Assembly: GCF_020969955.1 (NCBI RefSeq)
Contig: NZ_JAHDSX010000027.1
Coordinates: 1 to 32,000 of the forward strand
Length of the DNA: 32,000 bases
Direction: 5' to 3'
Source of the DNA: Allobaculum fili
GTDB lineage: Bacteria; Bacillota_I; Bacilli_A; Erysipelotrichales; Erysipelotrichaceae
Below are positions 15,802 to 25,614 of the stretch, in pieces. A program made the position numbers and the translations under genes. Every line of letters starts with the position of its first letter. The first letter of the stretch is position 1. The notes below the pieces were generated by a model, which made no database searches, had not been told where the DNA came from, and saw only the letters and a program-made list of their open reading frames with translations.

Positions 15802-18243
15802 ATGAAAACAAAGCAATCAATGAAGAAGCTGCTGTCGCTGGCTTTATGCCTGAGCGCGCCGGTTTCGATGATGATCTCCATGCCGCAGACCGTTCTGGCA
15901 CAGGAAGCGACGACCGCGCCGCAGGAACTGCCAGATGTCTCGGATAAGAAAGAAAATGGAACCTGGGGAACAGTAAAATACTATCTTCTGGATGACGGAA
16001 CCCTGTATTTTGGACCTGGTCAGACAGCCACCACCCCAAAGAAATTTTATCTGGCAAGCTCTGTTACACGCATCGTCTGCCATCCCGATTTTGATTCCAG
16101 TCCGCTGACTTCCATGTATGAGATGTTTTATAACTATACAAAACTTGAAGACATTTCCGGACTGGCAGAATGGGATATCAGTAATGTAACTACCATGTAC
16201 GGTGCTTTTGCGAATACAAAAATTAAAAATACCGATGCGCTTTCCTCCTGGGAATCTTCTAAACTAGGGGGACTGAACAGTACGTTTTCCGGCTGTACGG
16301 AACTCACCGATTTAAGCGGACTGGCTAATCTTGGAAAAAGCGGCTCCATTCGCGACATGAACGGCGCTTTCCTTGGCTGCACAAGTCTGGAATCTCTGCA
16401 TGGACTGGAAGACTGGTTTTCCGCGGAAGAATCCAGTCTGGATTCCATGTCCTCAACGTTTGAAGGGTGCACGAAGCTGAGCGATGTATCTGCTCTGTCC
16501 GGATGGAACACCATGAACGCGACCAACCTCTGCCAGACGTTTAACAGCTGTCCGATTTCCGATCTTTCGGTCTTTTCCAACTGGAACGTTTCGAAAGTCA
16601 GCGGCTTTGCGGGAACGTTTACCGGAAATACTGCTCTTACATCCCTGAAGGGACTGGAAAACTGGAATACAGCCAGCGCCAGTTCCTATGCGCAGATGTT
16701 TGAAAACTGCACAAATCTGAAAGATGCGAATGCGATGAGCCACTGGAAAACCGAAAAATGGTTCAGTGCGGACAATATTCTAAACAATACTGCTGTCACT
16801 CATCTGGATTTATCGGGCTGGAATACCGCACAGATGTTTTTCAGTGATACATCGAGTTATTTGTTCTCCAATCCGCTTACCGCAATCCGACTTTCTGCAG
16901 ATTACCTGAGCATGATCCGCCCGAATAAGCAGGCGCTTGTCAAATCGAAAAACAGCGACGCCTACGGGGATTCCTGGGTCAGCCAGAACCTGCACGGACC
17001 GTATACGTCCGCAGAACTGACTGATGGAACAGTTACATGGACCGAAGATATGGATGGCTGGTGGGGACGAGCCAAAACGGCGACTCTCGTCGACGAAGCG
17101 CATGGTTTGACCAAAACGATTTCTCTTCCCGCCGATCTGGAAGTCAGCCTTCCGCTTGGAACGGGCGCCTTTGACGGGAGCCCATTCCATGCCAGAGTCA
17201 TCGGGTGGAAAAAAGCCAATAGTGAAGAAACCATCACGAAATATACAGCTGGACTGAGCGAAGAAAATATTGAACTCAACCCGGTATGGGAATTCGAGCT
17301 GCATGCGAACACCTGGACGTTTGATGCCAACGGCGGTACTGGAACGATGGATTCCATTGAGGTGAGCGTACCTTCGGATACGTCCGCTCGCGTTCCAGAC
17401 TGCTCGTTTACCCGCGAAGGCTACACGTTTACCGGCTGGAATACAAAAGCCGACGGCAGCGGTGATAATATCGCGGTTGGCGATACGATTGACGTGGATT
17501 ACTCCATTGACCAGTTCACCGTATACGCACAATGGAAGAAAATTCCTTCGCATCAGGTTGCCTTTGAAGCCAATGGCGGCACAGGCGATATGGAGACGCT
17601 GATCTGGAATGGTGAAGAAGATCACGCTTTGCCAAAAAATGGCTTTACCCGAACGGATTATGAATTCACGGGCTGGAATACGAAAGCTGACGGTACGGGT
17701 ATTACCTACGCGGATGAAGCGCAGCTGAGCGGCGGTGAAGAAGACTCTGAACTTACGTTATATGCTCAATGGAAAAAGATACCGTCTCATATGGTAACCT
17801 TCGCTGCAAATGGCGGAACCGGCACTATGGAACCTCTGCTCTGGAAAGGAGAAGAGGGAAATAAACTGCCCAAAAATACCTTTACCCGATTCGACTGGAT
17901 CTTTACCGGCTGGAATACAAAGGCCGATGGTACTGGTACCGCTTATGCCGATGAAGCCCAGCTGACCGGCGGCGAAGACGATACGGAAATCACGCTGTAT
18001 GCCCAATGGAAGGCTGTCCTGCATTACGATCTTCTCGATCAGGCGATTGAAAAAGGCGAGTCAATCGCTTCGAAATCGTTCAAATCAAATCAGAACGAGA
18101 CACTCAATGCGGCGATTGCAGAAGCAAAAACGGTTCGAACACAAAGTGAATCGCAGATCGAGATCGACCAAGCCGCCAGAACGCTCAATCAGGTACTTCT
18201 GTCTCTTCGCCTGACCACGGATACAGCACTGCCGAGTCTATAG
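15802..18243 (+). CDS. Secreted BspA-type leucine-rich-repeat surface protein with three InlB-B (Listeria-Bacteroides) repeats and a C-terminal helical (FIVAR-like) module
   Basis: The ATG at 15802 follows AAGGAG. The signal peptide is MKTKQSMKKLLSLALCLSAPVSMMISMPQTVLA/QE. There are about ten ~22-25-aa repeats of the W(D/N)(V/T)S.V......F..C..L type. Three repeats follow of the type F.ANGGTG.M......LP.N.FTR.GY.FTGWNTKADGTG..Y...A......D..LYAQWK. No LPXTG motif or C-terminal TM helix was seen. Confidence 0.85.
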   Translation: MKTKQSMKKLLSLALCLSAPVSMMISMPQTVLAQEATTAPQELPDVSDKKENGTWGTVKYYLLDDGTLYFGPGQTATTPKKFYLASSVTRIVCHPDFDSSPLTSMYEMFYNYTKLEDISGLAEWDISNVTTMYGAFANTKIKNTDALSSWESSKLGGLNSTFSGCTELTDLSGLANLGKSGSIRDMNGAFLGCTSLESLHGLEDWFSAEESSLDSMSSTFEGCTKLSDVSALSGWNTMNATNLCQTFNSCPISDLSVFSNWNVSKVSGFAGTFTGNTALTSLKGLENWNTASASSYAQMFENCTNLKDANAMSHWKTEKWFSADNILNNTAVTHLDLSGWNTAQMFFSDTSSYLFSNPLTAIRLSADYLSMIRPNKQALVKSKNSDAYGDSWVSQNLHGPYTSAELTDGTVTWTEDMDGWWGRAKTATLVDEAHGLTKTISLPADLEVSLPLGTGAFDGSPFHARVIGWKKANSEETITKYTAGLSEENIELNPVWEFELHANTWTFDANGGTGTMDSIEVSVPSDTSARVPDCSFTREGYTFTGWNTKADGSGDNIAVGDTIDVDYSIDQFTVYAQWKKIPSHQVAFEANGGTGDMETLIWNGEEDHALPKNGFTRTDYEFTGWNTKADGTGITYADEAQLSGGEEDSELTLYAQWKKIPSHMVTFAANGGTGTMEPLLWKGEEGNKLPKNTFTRFDWIFTGWNTKADGTGTAYADEAQLTGGEDDTEITLYAQWKAVLHYDLLDQAIEKGESIASKSFKSNQNETLNAAIAEAKTVRTQSESQIEIDQAARTLNQVLLSLRLTTDTALPSL
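17311..18012 (+). repeat. Three tandem ~237-bp coding repeats (InlB B-repeat units) inside the surface-protein gene
   Basis: Units run at about 17311-17523, 17524-17760 and 17761-17997, plus the closing YAQWK. Units 2 and 3 are ~75% identical in protein by eye but differ at many synonymous positions. Confidence 0.8.
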
Positions 18244-18333
18244 AGCGCCATTTCCGCTTGGAAATGATAGAGGAGATCCGTTTTTGAGAAAACGGAATCC
18301 GACCGATCCTAAACAAACGGCACCAAAATGAAA

Positions 18334-18390
18334 AGTCCGCTAGTGTCGGAAAACCAGATTTGGCTCCGACCTGGCGGACTGTTTGTTTGT
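18334..18390 (+). terminator. Intrinsic terminator of the surface-protein gene
   Basis: The outer stem AGTCCGC (18334-18340) / GCGGACT (18374-18380) encloses an inner GTCGGA/TCCGAC stem. It is followed by GTTTGTTTGT. Confidence 0.6.
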
Positions 18391-18410
18391 ACGAGGATTG
18401 AGCAGGGAAA

Positions 18411-18458
18411 GAAAAAACAGGCTGCGATCATTCCTTTCTCAGGAAGAAACTGCTGTTT
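18411..18458 (-). terminator. Intrinsic terminator of the TIR-domain gene
   Basis: On the minus strand, an AAACAGC...GCCTGTTT stem with an inner TTCCT/AGGAA hairpin is followed by TTTTTTC (plus-strand A-run at 18412-18417). Confidence 0.55.
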
Positions 18459-18482
18459 AGCAAAAGAACCGCGTTACCTGTT

Positions 18483-19544
18483 TTACTCAAACGAGGAGGC
18501 TATGTCCTCGGATTGTTCACGTTCTTTCAAAAAGTCTGCCAGAGGGGTGCACAGGTGATTCCACATATAATTGAACTCAGTGCGATATGCCTGGTACATT
18601 TCCCAGTCTTTTTTTGCTCCATCGAAAGTAAATGATTCCTGATTATCACTTGAACCATCACCATAGCGGTAGTTTTTTAAAGAAAGCGAACCCGTTCCGT
18701 CTTTTCGATGGACGAGGTAGGTTCGATGTAAAATCGGCAGCGAACATACGCGTACCTCTAGCAGTTCTGGGTAATTGGCGCTTCGTTCTCTCCAGATATT
18801 GAAGTTGTTTTCTAAAGGGATGTACCACTTCATTTGTTTACGCATATGCTGAACGATCTCTTCCGAGGTGTATTCAGACTGAATGATGACTCGTACCGGT
18901 ATGTGATGCTCCATTAGCTTCTGCAGAATGTCGATCTTTTCATTATTTAGATACCAGTAAGAACCGACATGAAAGGCCATATCTACACCGCTGACGTTTT
19001 GAGAGGAATCCAGAGAATACTTAAAAAAATCAGCAACATTTTGGCCAATGTTTAATCCTAGAGAAATTGTTCCAGGAGCTAGAAGGAGAAAGCTTACCAG
19101 ACGATCAACAGAGGCTTCGAAATATTCTGTTGAAAGGATAACTGAATTTAGCTGTTCAAGAATTTGCAGAGAAGGAGGTAATAGCGAGGACAGCTGACTG
19201 GACCAGACAAAACCGTGCAGCTGAACGGGTATAATAGTCTTCTTCAATTCCATAGCGGCTTCAATTTCCTGTCGGACCCAGTCTTCTTCATGAACGCAGC
19301 GATCGAGAGCGGCAGGGGAAAGAATCAGAATAAAATTTTCACAGTTCGCAATAGCATTCTTGATTCGATTGTTTATGTTTCCTGCTTTGGACTCTTCCAG
19401 ATCGAGAAAACAGGAAATTCCCAGAGATTCGAGCTGATCGCGAATCATTTTGGCCGCAAAAAAACCGTCAGCGCGGCGATAGCTGATAAAACAGTCCACA
19501 GGACTGGATCCGTCATGCAGCGGATCGGGCTGGAAATGGTTCAT
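18483..19544 (-). CDS. TIR domain-containing protein with uncharacterised ~200-aa C-terminal domain
   Basis: ORF 18483..19556. The ATG at 19544 is preferred because GGAGGTG (19554-19560) lies upstream. TIR hallmarks are DCFISYRRADG, FLDLEES..G, ILILSPAAL and EDWVRQEIEAAM (Glu at the usual catalytic position). The C-terminal half has no motif I can assign with certainty. GC is lower than in flanking genes (33-47% in the four 60-nt lines I counted). Confidence 0.8.
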   Translation of the reverse strand: MNHFQPDPLHDGSSPVDCFISYRRADGFFAAKMIRDQLESLGISCFLDLEESKAGNINNRIKNAIANCENFILILSPAALDRCVHEEDWVRQEIEAAMELKKTIIPVQLHGFVWSSQLSSLLPPSLQILEQLNSVILSTEYFEASVDRLVSFLLLAPGTISLGLNIGQNVADFFKYSLDSSQNVSGVDMAFHVGSYWYLNNEKIDILQKLMEHHIPVRVIIQSEYTSEEIVQHMRKQMKWYIPLENNFNIWRERSANYPELLEVRVCSLPILHRTYLVHRKDGTGSLSLKNYRYGDGSSDNQESFTFDGAKKDWEMYQAYRTEFNYMWNHLCTPLADFLKEREQSEDIASSFE

Positions 19545-19765
19545 AAGGATCTGCACCTCCGTTTCTTTTTCTCGGGTCCAGAAAGAAGCTTCTAAATCAG
19601 GGAATGATGTCTTCTTCCTTGGGATTGATAACTGTTTTCAATGCTCGTTGTATTGGAATGTTTCTGTTCATTCAGAATAGGCAAAGAAGGACAGACGTGC
19701 AATATCTGTTGGATTTCTTCGCATTTTCGATTGCGTTTTCCACAGATCTGTATCATTTTTCACAT

Positions 19766-19829
19766 ACAAAAATCGGCCGGTTTTCTGCAGCCGTTTCCGA
19801 AGGGAAACAGACTGCAGAAGACCGGCCGT
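19766..19829 (-). terminator. Intrinsic terminator of aspS
   Basis: The long hairpin CGGCCGGTTTTCTGCAG (19774-19790) / CTGCAGAAGACCGGCCG (19812-19828) has an inner CCGTTTCC/GGAAACAG stem. On the minus strand it is followed by ATTTTTG. Confidence 0.75.
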
Positions 19830-19883
19830 TTTGAGCTGATCGTTAATCCAGAGGATTTCTTGAAAAATTATCGTGAATCGGGA

Positions 19884-21740
<1,857 letters not shown>

Positions 21741-21923
21741 ATCAGATAACCTCCTTAAAGGGAAAAAACAAAAGGAATTTGAAAATTAAAGGAATTGGAA
21801 AAGGGAATATAGACGGCAAAACGGGAAGGGAGGCTGCGATTCAGACTTTCTATACGCATTTCGCAGGCGTTATGCCGTTTTTGGATAAGGAAATGGATTC
21901 AGGTCAGGACGGGTAGTGTCAGC

Positions 21924-23276
21924 TTAGTCCTGATGATCGTGCGCTTCGTGCTCGTCATGGTCATGATCGTGCTCATGATGATGATCGTGACCGTGCTCAT
22001 CGCCTTCTTCGAACTGACTGTCCATGAAGTCGATCAGCTCATCCGCATTCAGACTGGTCTGTTCGCGGGTCTGCGCGTTCTTAATCGTAACAGTGCGGTT
22101 TTTCGCTTCGTCTTCGCCGATCAGCAGCGTGAATTTGGCATGGGCGCGGTCTGCAGCCTTAAACTGCCCTTTGAACGATTTGCCCATGAAGTCCATGTCA
22201 GAACGGAATCCGTTGGCGCGCAGTTCGGTCAGAAGTTCAAACGCATAGCTGCGGGCTTCCGGATTGAGAACCATGACGTACGCATCCAGAGGCGGCTTTT
22301 CGCCAAGTTTAATGCCTTCCGCTTCCAGCGCGAGCAGAATGCGCTCTTCGCCAAGCGCCCAGCCGATGCCGGACATTTCCGGTCCGCCAAAATAGGGGAT
22401 CAGGTTGTCGTAGCGGCCGCCGGCAAGAAGCGTAGCCTGGGCACCCATGGAAGGCGATTCGCTGACAATTTCAAAAACAGTATGCGTGTAGTAGTCGAGA
22501 CCGCGAACCAGAGAAGGATCGACACGATACGGAATGTTCATTACATCGAGCAGATCAGTAACCGTCCTGAAGTATTCGCGGCTTTCCTCGTTGAGGTAGT
22601 CAGCCATGGACGGCGCGTTTTTCATGCAGTCCTTGTCGTGATCGACTTTGCAGTCGAGAAGACGGAGCGGATTCTGTTCATAGCGGCGCTTGCAGTCGGA
22701 ACAGAGATCATCGACATATGGTGCGAAGTATTCTTTTAAAGCGCTTCGATACGCCGAGCGGGATTCGTCATCGCCAAGGGTATTCAGCAGAATGGTAATA
22801 TGGTCAAGGCCAAGGGAACGCAGAATGGAGTAGGCGAGAACCATCGCTTCTACGTCCGAATACGGGCTCTTCAGACCAAGAGATTCGATACCGAACTGGT
22901 TGAAAATACGCAGACGGCCTTTTTGCGGACGTTCATGACGGTGCATCGGGCCGATATAATACAGCTTTACCGGAAGATCCGGCAGAGCGTACATTTTGTT
23001 TTCTACAAAGGAACGGACGACTCCTGCGGTTCCTTCCGGACGCAGAGTCAGGGACGTCGAAGAATTGGGAAGAGTAAAGGTGTACATCTCTTTGTTGACC
23101 ATGTCGCTCGAATCGTTTTCGCGCTTGAAGACATTGGTGTGTTCAAAGATCGGGGTACGAATTTCATCAAAGTTGTAAAGAAGACAGAACTGACGGAATA
23201 AAGTTTCGAGCTGCTGCCAGGAGTAGCTTGCTTCTCCGTAAATATCCTGCGTTCCTCTCGGAATTTGGTAACTCAT
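21924..23276 (-). CDS. hisS: Histidine--tRNA ligase with C-terminal His/Asp/Glu-rich tail
   Basis: The 450-aa translation shows HisRS motifs (PRGTQD, LRPEGTA, YY.GPM.R.ERPQKGR.R.F.Q.G.E, RGLDYYT..VFE, GGRYD.L). GGAGGAAAAC lies directly before the ATG. The last 28 aa are EEGDEHGHDHHHEHDHDHDEHEAHDHQD. Confidence 0.95.
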   Translation of the reverse strand: MSYQIPRGTQDIYGEASYSWQQLETLFRQFCLLYNFDEIRTPIFEHTNVFKRENDSSDMVNKEMYTFTLPNSSTSLTLRPEGTAGVVRSFVENKMYALPDLPVKLYYIGPMHRHERPQKGRLRIFNQFGIESLGLKSPYSDVEAMVLAYSILRSLGLDHITILLNTLGDDESRSAYRSALKEYFAPYVDDLCSDCKRRYEQNPLRLLDCKVDHDKDCMKNAPSMADYLNEESREYFRTVTDLLDVMNIPYRVDPSLVRGLDYYTHTVFEIVSESPSMGAQATLLAGGRYDNLIPYFGGPEMSGIGWALGEERILLALEAEGIKLGEKPPLDAYVMVLNPEARSYAFELLTELRANGFRSDMDFMGKSFKGQFKAADRAHAKFTLLIGEDEAKNRTVTIKNAQTREQTSLNADELIDFMDSQFEEGDEHGHDHHHEHDHDHDEHEAHDHQD

Positions 23277-23397
23277 GTTTTCCTCCAGTTGACGGGCAGT
23301 TCAGCAGGGGCTGAACCGTACACTAAATCTTACTATATTTATTACGGTCATATAGCCTGAATTGAACAGACTCTGAAAAGGTTTTGCATTTTGTTCA

Positions 23398-23700
23398 TCA
23401 AAACGGAAGGCCGTTTCCTTTCCGTCCGAAGATACTTCAAAAAAGCGGCAAGGGAAACGGGGCGAGCCCGGCCTTCCAAAAACTCCTGTTCAGAAAGGGC
23501 CTGTCCGCCTGCGGAATACCGAATTGAGGGAATGAAAAGCGAATTTCTTACCGTTCTTGCGTATTCTAAATACAGTTCTGTATTTTGGCGGTTCCAGCTG
23601 ACAAACAGTCTGCTTTTAAAAACTGACGGAAGGCGGAACGAGCGCACCGTCCTGGACATCGTCAGTCTGTACACCGACAGATTGACAATTCAGAAAACGG
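23398..23700 (-). promoter_or_regulatory. Structured hisS-aspS leader with two terminator-like hairpins (possible T-box/attenuator)
   Basis: In minus-strand RNA there are two hairpins. The first is a branched GCGGACAGG...CCUUGCCGC structure followed by UUUUUU (plus 23439-23508). The second is ACGGAAAGG-AAAC-GGCCUUCCGU followed by UUUUG (plus 23398-23426). Both lie ~120-230 nt upstream of the hisS ATG. A T-box-like CUGGAACCGCC lies at plus 23587-23600. I could not trace a canonical T-box 14-mer or a His specifier loop. Confidence 0.4.
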
Positions 23701-23880
23701 CATAACCGTCTGCGCGCCTGTATACGAAAGAGTCAGCAGGCAGGAATCAGCAGACAATAGATAAGAATAGAAACATTATGAGCGGCCGGGTTCCGGCTTT
23801 TCATCGAAAAGCAAAAGATAAAAATCCAGAGCACAAGGATGCTGAGCGCCAGAATAACCGGCCTGAAAAGAGGGGATAGG

Positions 23881-25614
23881 ATGAATGGTTCAGCGATTTT
23901 TAAACTGACAAGAAGTGCGCGAAAAGATTTTATTCTCGCCGTGATCTATGTTGCCATCGAGACTTTACTTGAAGTCATCACCCCGGTTTTGATGGCCGAT
24001 ATTATCGATATTGGCGTGATGCACCGGGATACGTCCATCTTTGTCAGCCGCGGTTTGGGGATGCTCGCTTGTGCAGCGGGTTCACTTCTTTTTGGTCTGC
24101 TCTATGCCAAAGCGGCAGCCCGGGCTGCGGCTACGGTCGCCAGCCAGATTCGACAGGCGCAGTTTGATCAGATCGAAAAGTTTTCGTTTGAAAACATCGA
24201 CCGCTTTGAATCGTCGGGACTGATTACCCGACTGACGAGCGATGTCATGGTTTTGCAAAATACGATCACCAACGGCATTCGACCGATCGCGCGCGGCCCA
24301 CTGATGCTCATTCTCGGCATCATCATGTGCTTTATCATCAGCTGGAAACTGTCCATCGTCTATCTGATCGTTTCGCCGATCATGGCTCTGCTGCTGATCT
24401 GGATCGTTTCGAAAGTCGCTCCGCAGTACCGGTTCATTCAGAAGACGGTCGATGCGCTCAATGAGGCAGTGGAAGAAAACCTGATTGCCATTCGTCTGGT
24501 GAAATCCTTTGTTCGTGCGGATTACGAAACAGACCGTTTCGACCGGGTCAACGAAGATCTGGCGTCTTTAATGCAGAAGACAAACCATCTGGCCTTCTTG
24601 AACCTGCCGCTCTTTCAGGCTTCGATGTATATCACGATTCTGGTTTTGCTGGCCATCGGTTCGATGATGATTGTGCAAAGCATGCTGGCTGTCGGTCAGC
24701 TGACCGGCATCATGTCCTACGTTCTGCAGATCATGAATGCCTTTATCATGATGTCCAATATCTTCCTGCTGCTGACCCGTTCCGCGGCTTCGATTCATCG
24801 CATTGAAGAAGTGCTCGACGAAAAGATTACAATGCACTCGCCCGAACAGGGAAAGCTGCTTCAGGACGGTTCGATCGATTTTGAAAACGTCAGCTTCAAG
24901 TATTCGAAAGAAGGCAGGGAAGACGTTCTGAGCGATGTGACGCTTCATATTCCTTCAGGAAGCCGGGTCGGCATTATCGGAGCTACCGGATCGGCCAAAT
25001 CGTCTCTGGCCATGCTCATTCCGCGACTGTATGACGTATCGAGCGGCACTCTGAAAGTCGGTCAGGAAAACGTTCATGATCTGGACTTGAAGGCGCTTCG
25101 CGAAGATGTTGCCATGGTTCTTCAGAAAAACACGCTCTTTTCCGGAACGGTTCGCGACAACCTGAAATGGGGCAATCCAAACGCCAGCGACGACGAAATT
25201 CTGAAAGCGATCGATCAGGCTGGAGCCAGCGAACTGATCGCCCGACTGCCCGGCGGTCTTGATATGGAACTCGGCCAGGCCGGCGTCAACGTGTCCGGCG
25301 GTCAGAAGCAGCGTCTGTGCATTGCCCGCGCGCTGCTGAAAAAGCCGAAAATTCTCATTTTTGATGACTCGACTTCGGCAGTGGATACGAAGACGGATGC
25401 GCTCATTCGTAAAAATCTTGCCGAGATTCACGGGCTTACGCAGATCATCATTGCACAGCGCGTCTCTTCAATTTCACACTGCGATCAGATCGTGGTCATG
25501 GATCAGGGTCGTATTGTACAGACCGGCACCCATGACGAACTTTTGAAAACCAGCCCGATTTACCGGGAAATTTATGAAAGCCAGCAGGGAGGAGGTCAGC
25601 CGGATGAACAGTAA
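23881..25614 (+). CDS. ABC transporter ATP-binding/permease protein (type I exporter half-transporter, degenerate-site subunit)
   Basis: ORF 23839..25614; the ATG at 23881 follows GAGGGGA. There are six N-terminal TM helices plus an NBD. Walker A is GATGSAKSS (A in place of the second conserved G), the signature is VSGGQ, Walker B is ILIFDDSTS (D instead of the catalytic E), and the switch is IIAQRVS (Q instead of H). Confidence 0.9.
   Translation: MNGSAIFKLTRSARKDFILAVIYVAIETLLEVITPVLMADIIDIGVMHRDTSIFVSRGLGMLACAAGSLLFGLLYAKAAARAAATVASQIRQAQFDQIEKFSFENIDRFESSGLITRLTSDVMVLQNTITNGIRPIARGPLMLILGIIMCFIISWKLSIVYLIVSPIMALLLIWIVSKVAPQYRFIQKTVDALNEAVEENLIAIRLVKSFVRADYETDRFDRVNEDLASLMQKTNHLAFLNLPLFQASMYITILVLLAIGSMMIVQSMLAVGQLTGIMSYVLQIMNAFIMMSNIFLLLTRSAASIHRIEEVLDEKITMHSPEQGKLLQDGSIDFENVSFKYSKEGREDVLSDVTLHIPSGSRVGIIGATGSAKSSLAMLIPRLYDVSSGTLKVGQENVHDLDLKALREDVAMVLQKNTLFSGTVRDNLKWGNPNASDDEILKAIDQAGASELIARLPGGLDMELGQAGVNVSGGQKQRLCIARALLKKPKILIFDDSTSAVDTKTDALIRKNLAEIHGLTQIIIAQRVSSISHCDQIVVMDQGRIVQTGTHDELLKTSPIYREIYESQQGGGQPDEQ

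Noticed and set aside
18328-18558. 76-aa plus-strand ORF between the surface-protein and TIR genes
   Set aside because: It consists largely of the two terminator hairpins and overlaps the TIR gene's 3' end. It has no RBS.
15479-19883. Thoeris, CBASS, Pycsar or short-pAgo context for the TIR gene
   Set aside because: No SIR2/Macro-SLOG (ThsA), cyclase, SAVED, STING, Argonaute or APAZ-like ORF is present on either strand near the TIR gene. The only neighbour is a secreted LRR protein, so the gene is treated as an orphan rather than assigned to a known system.
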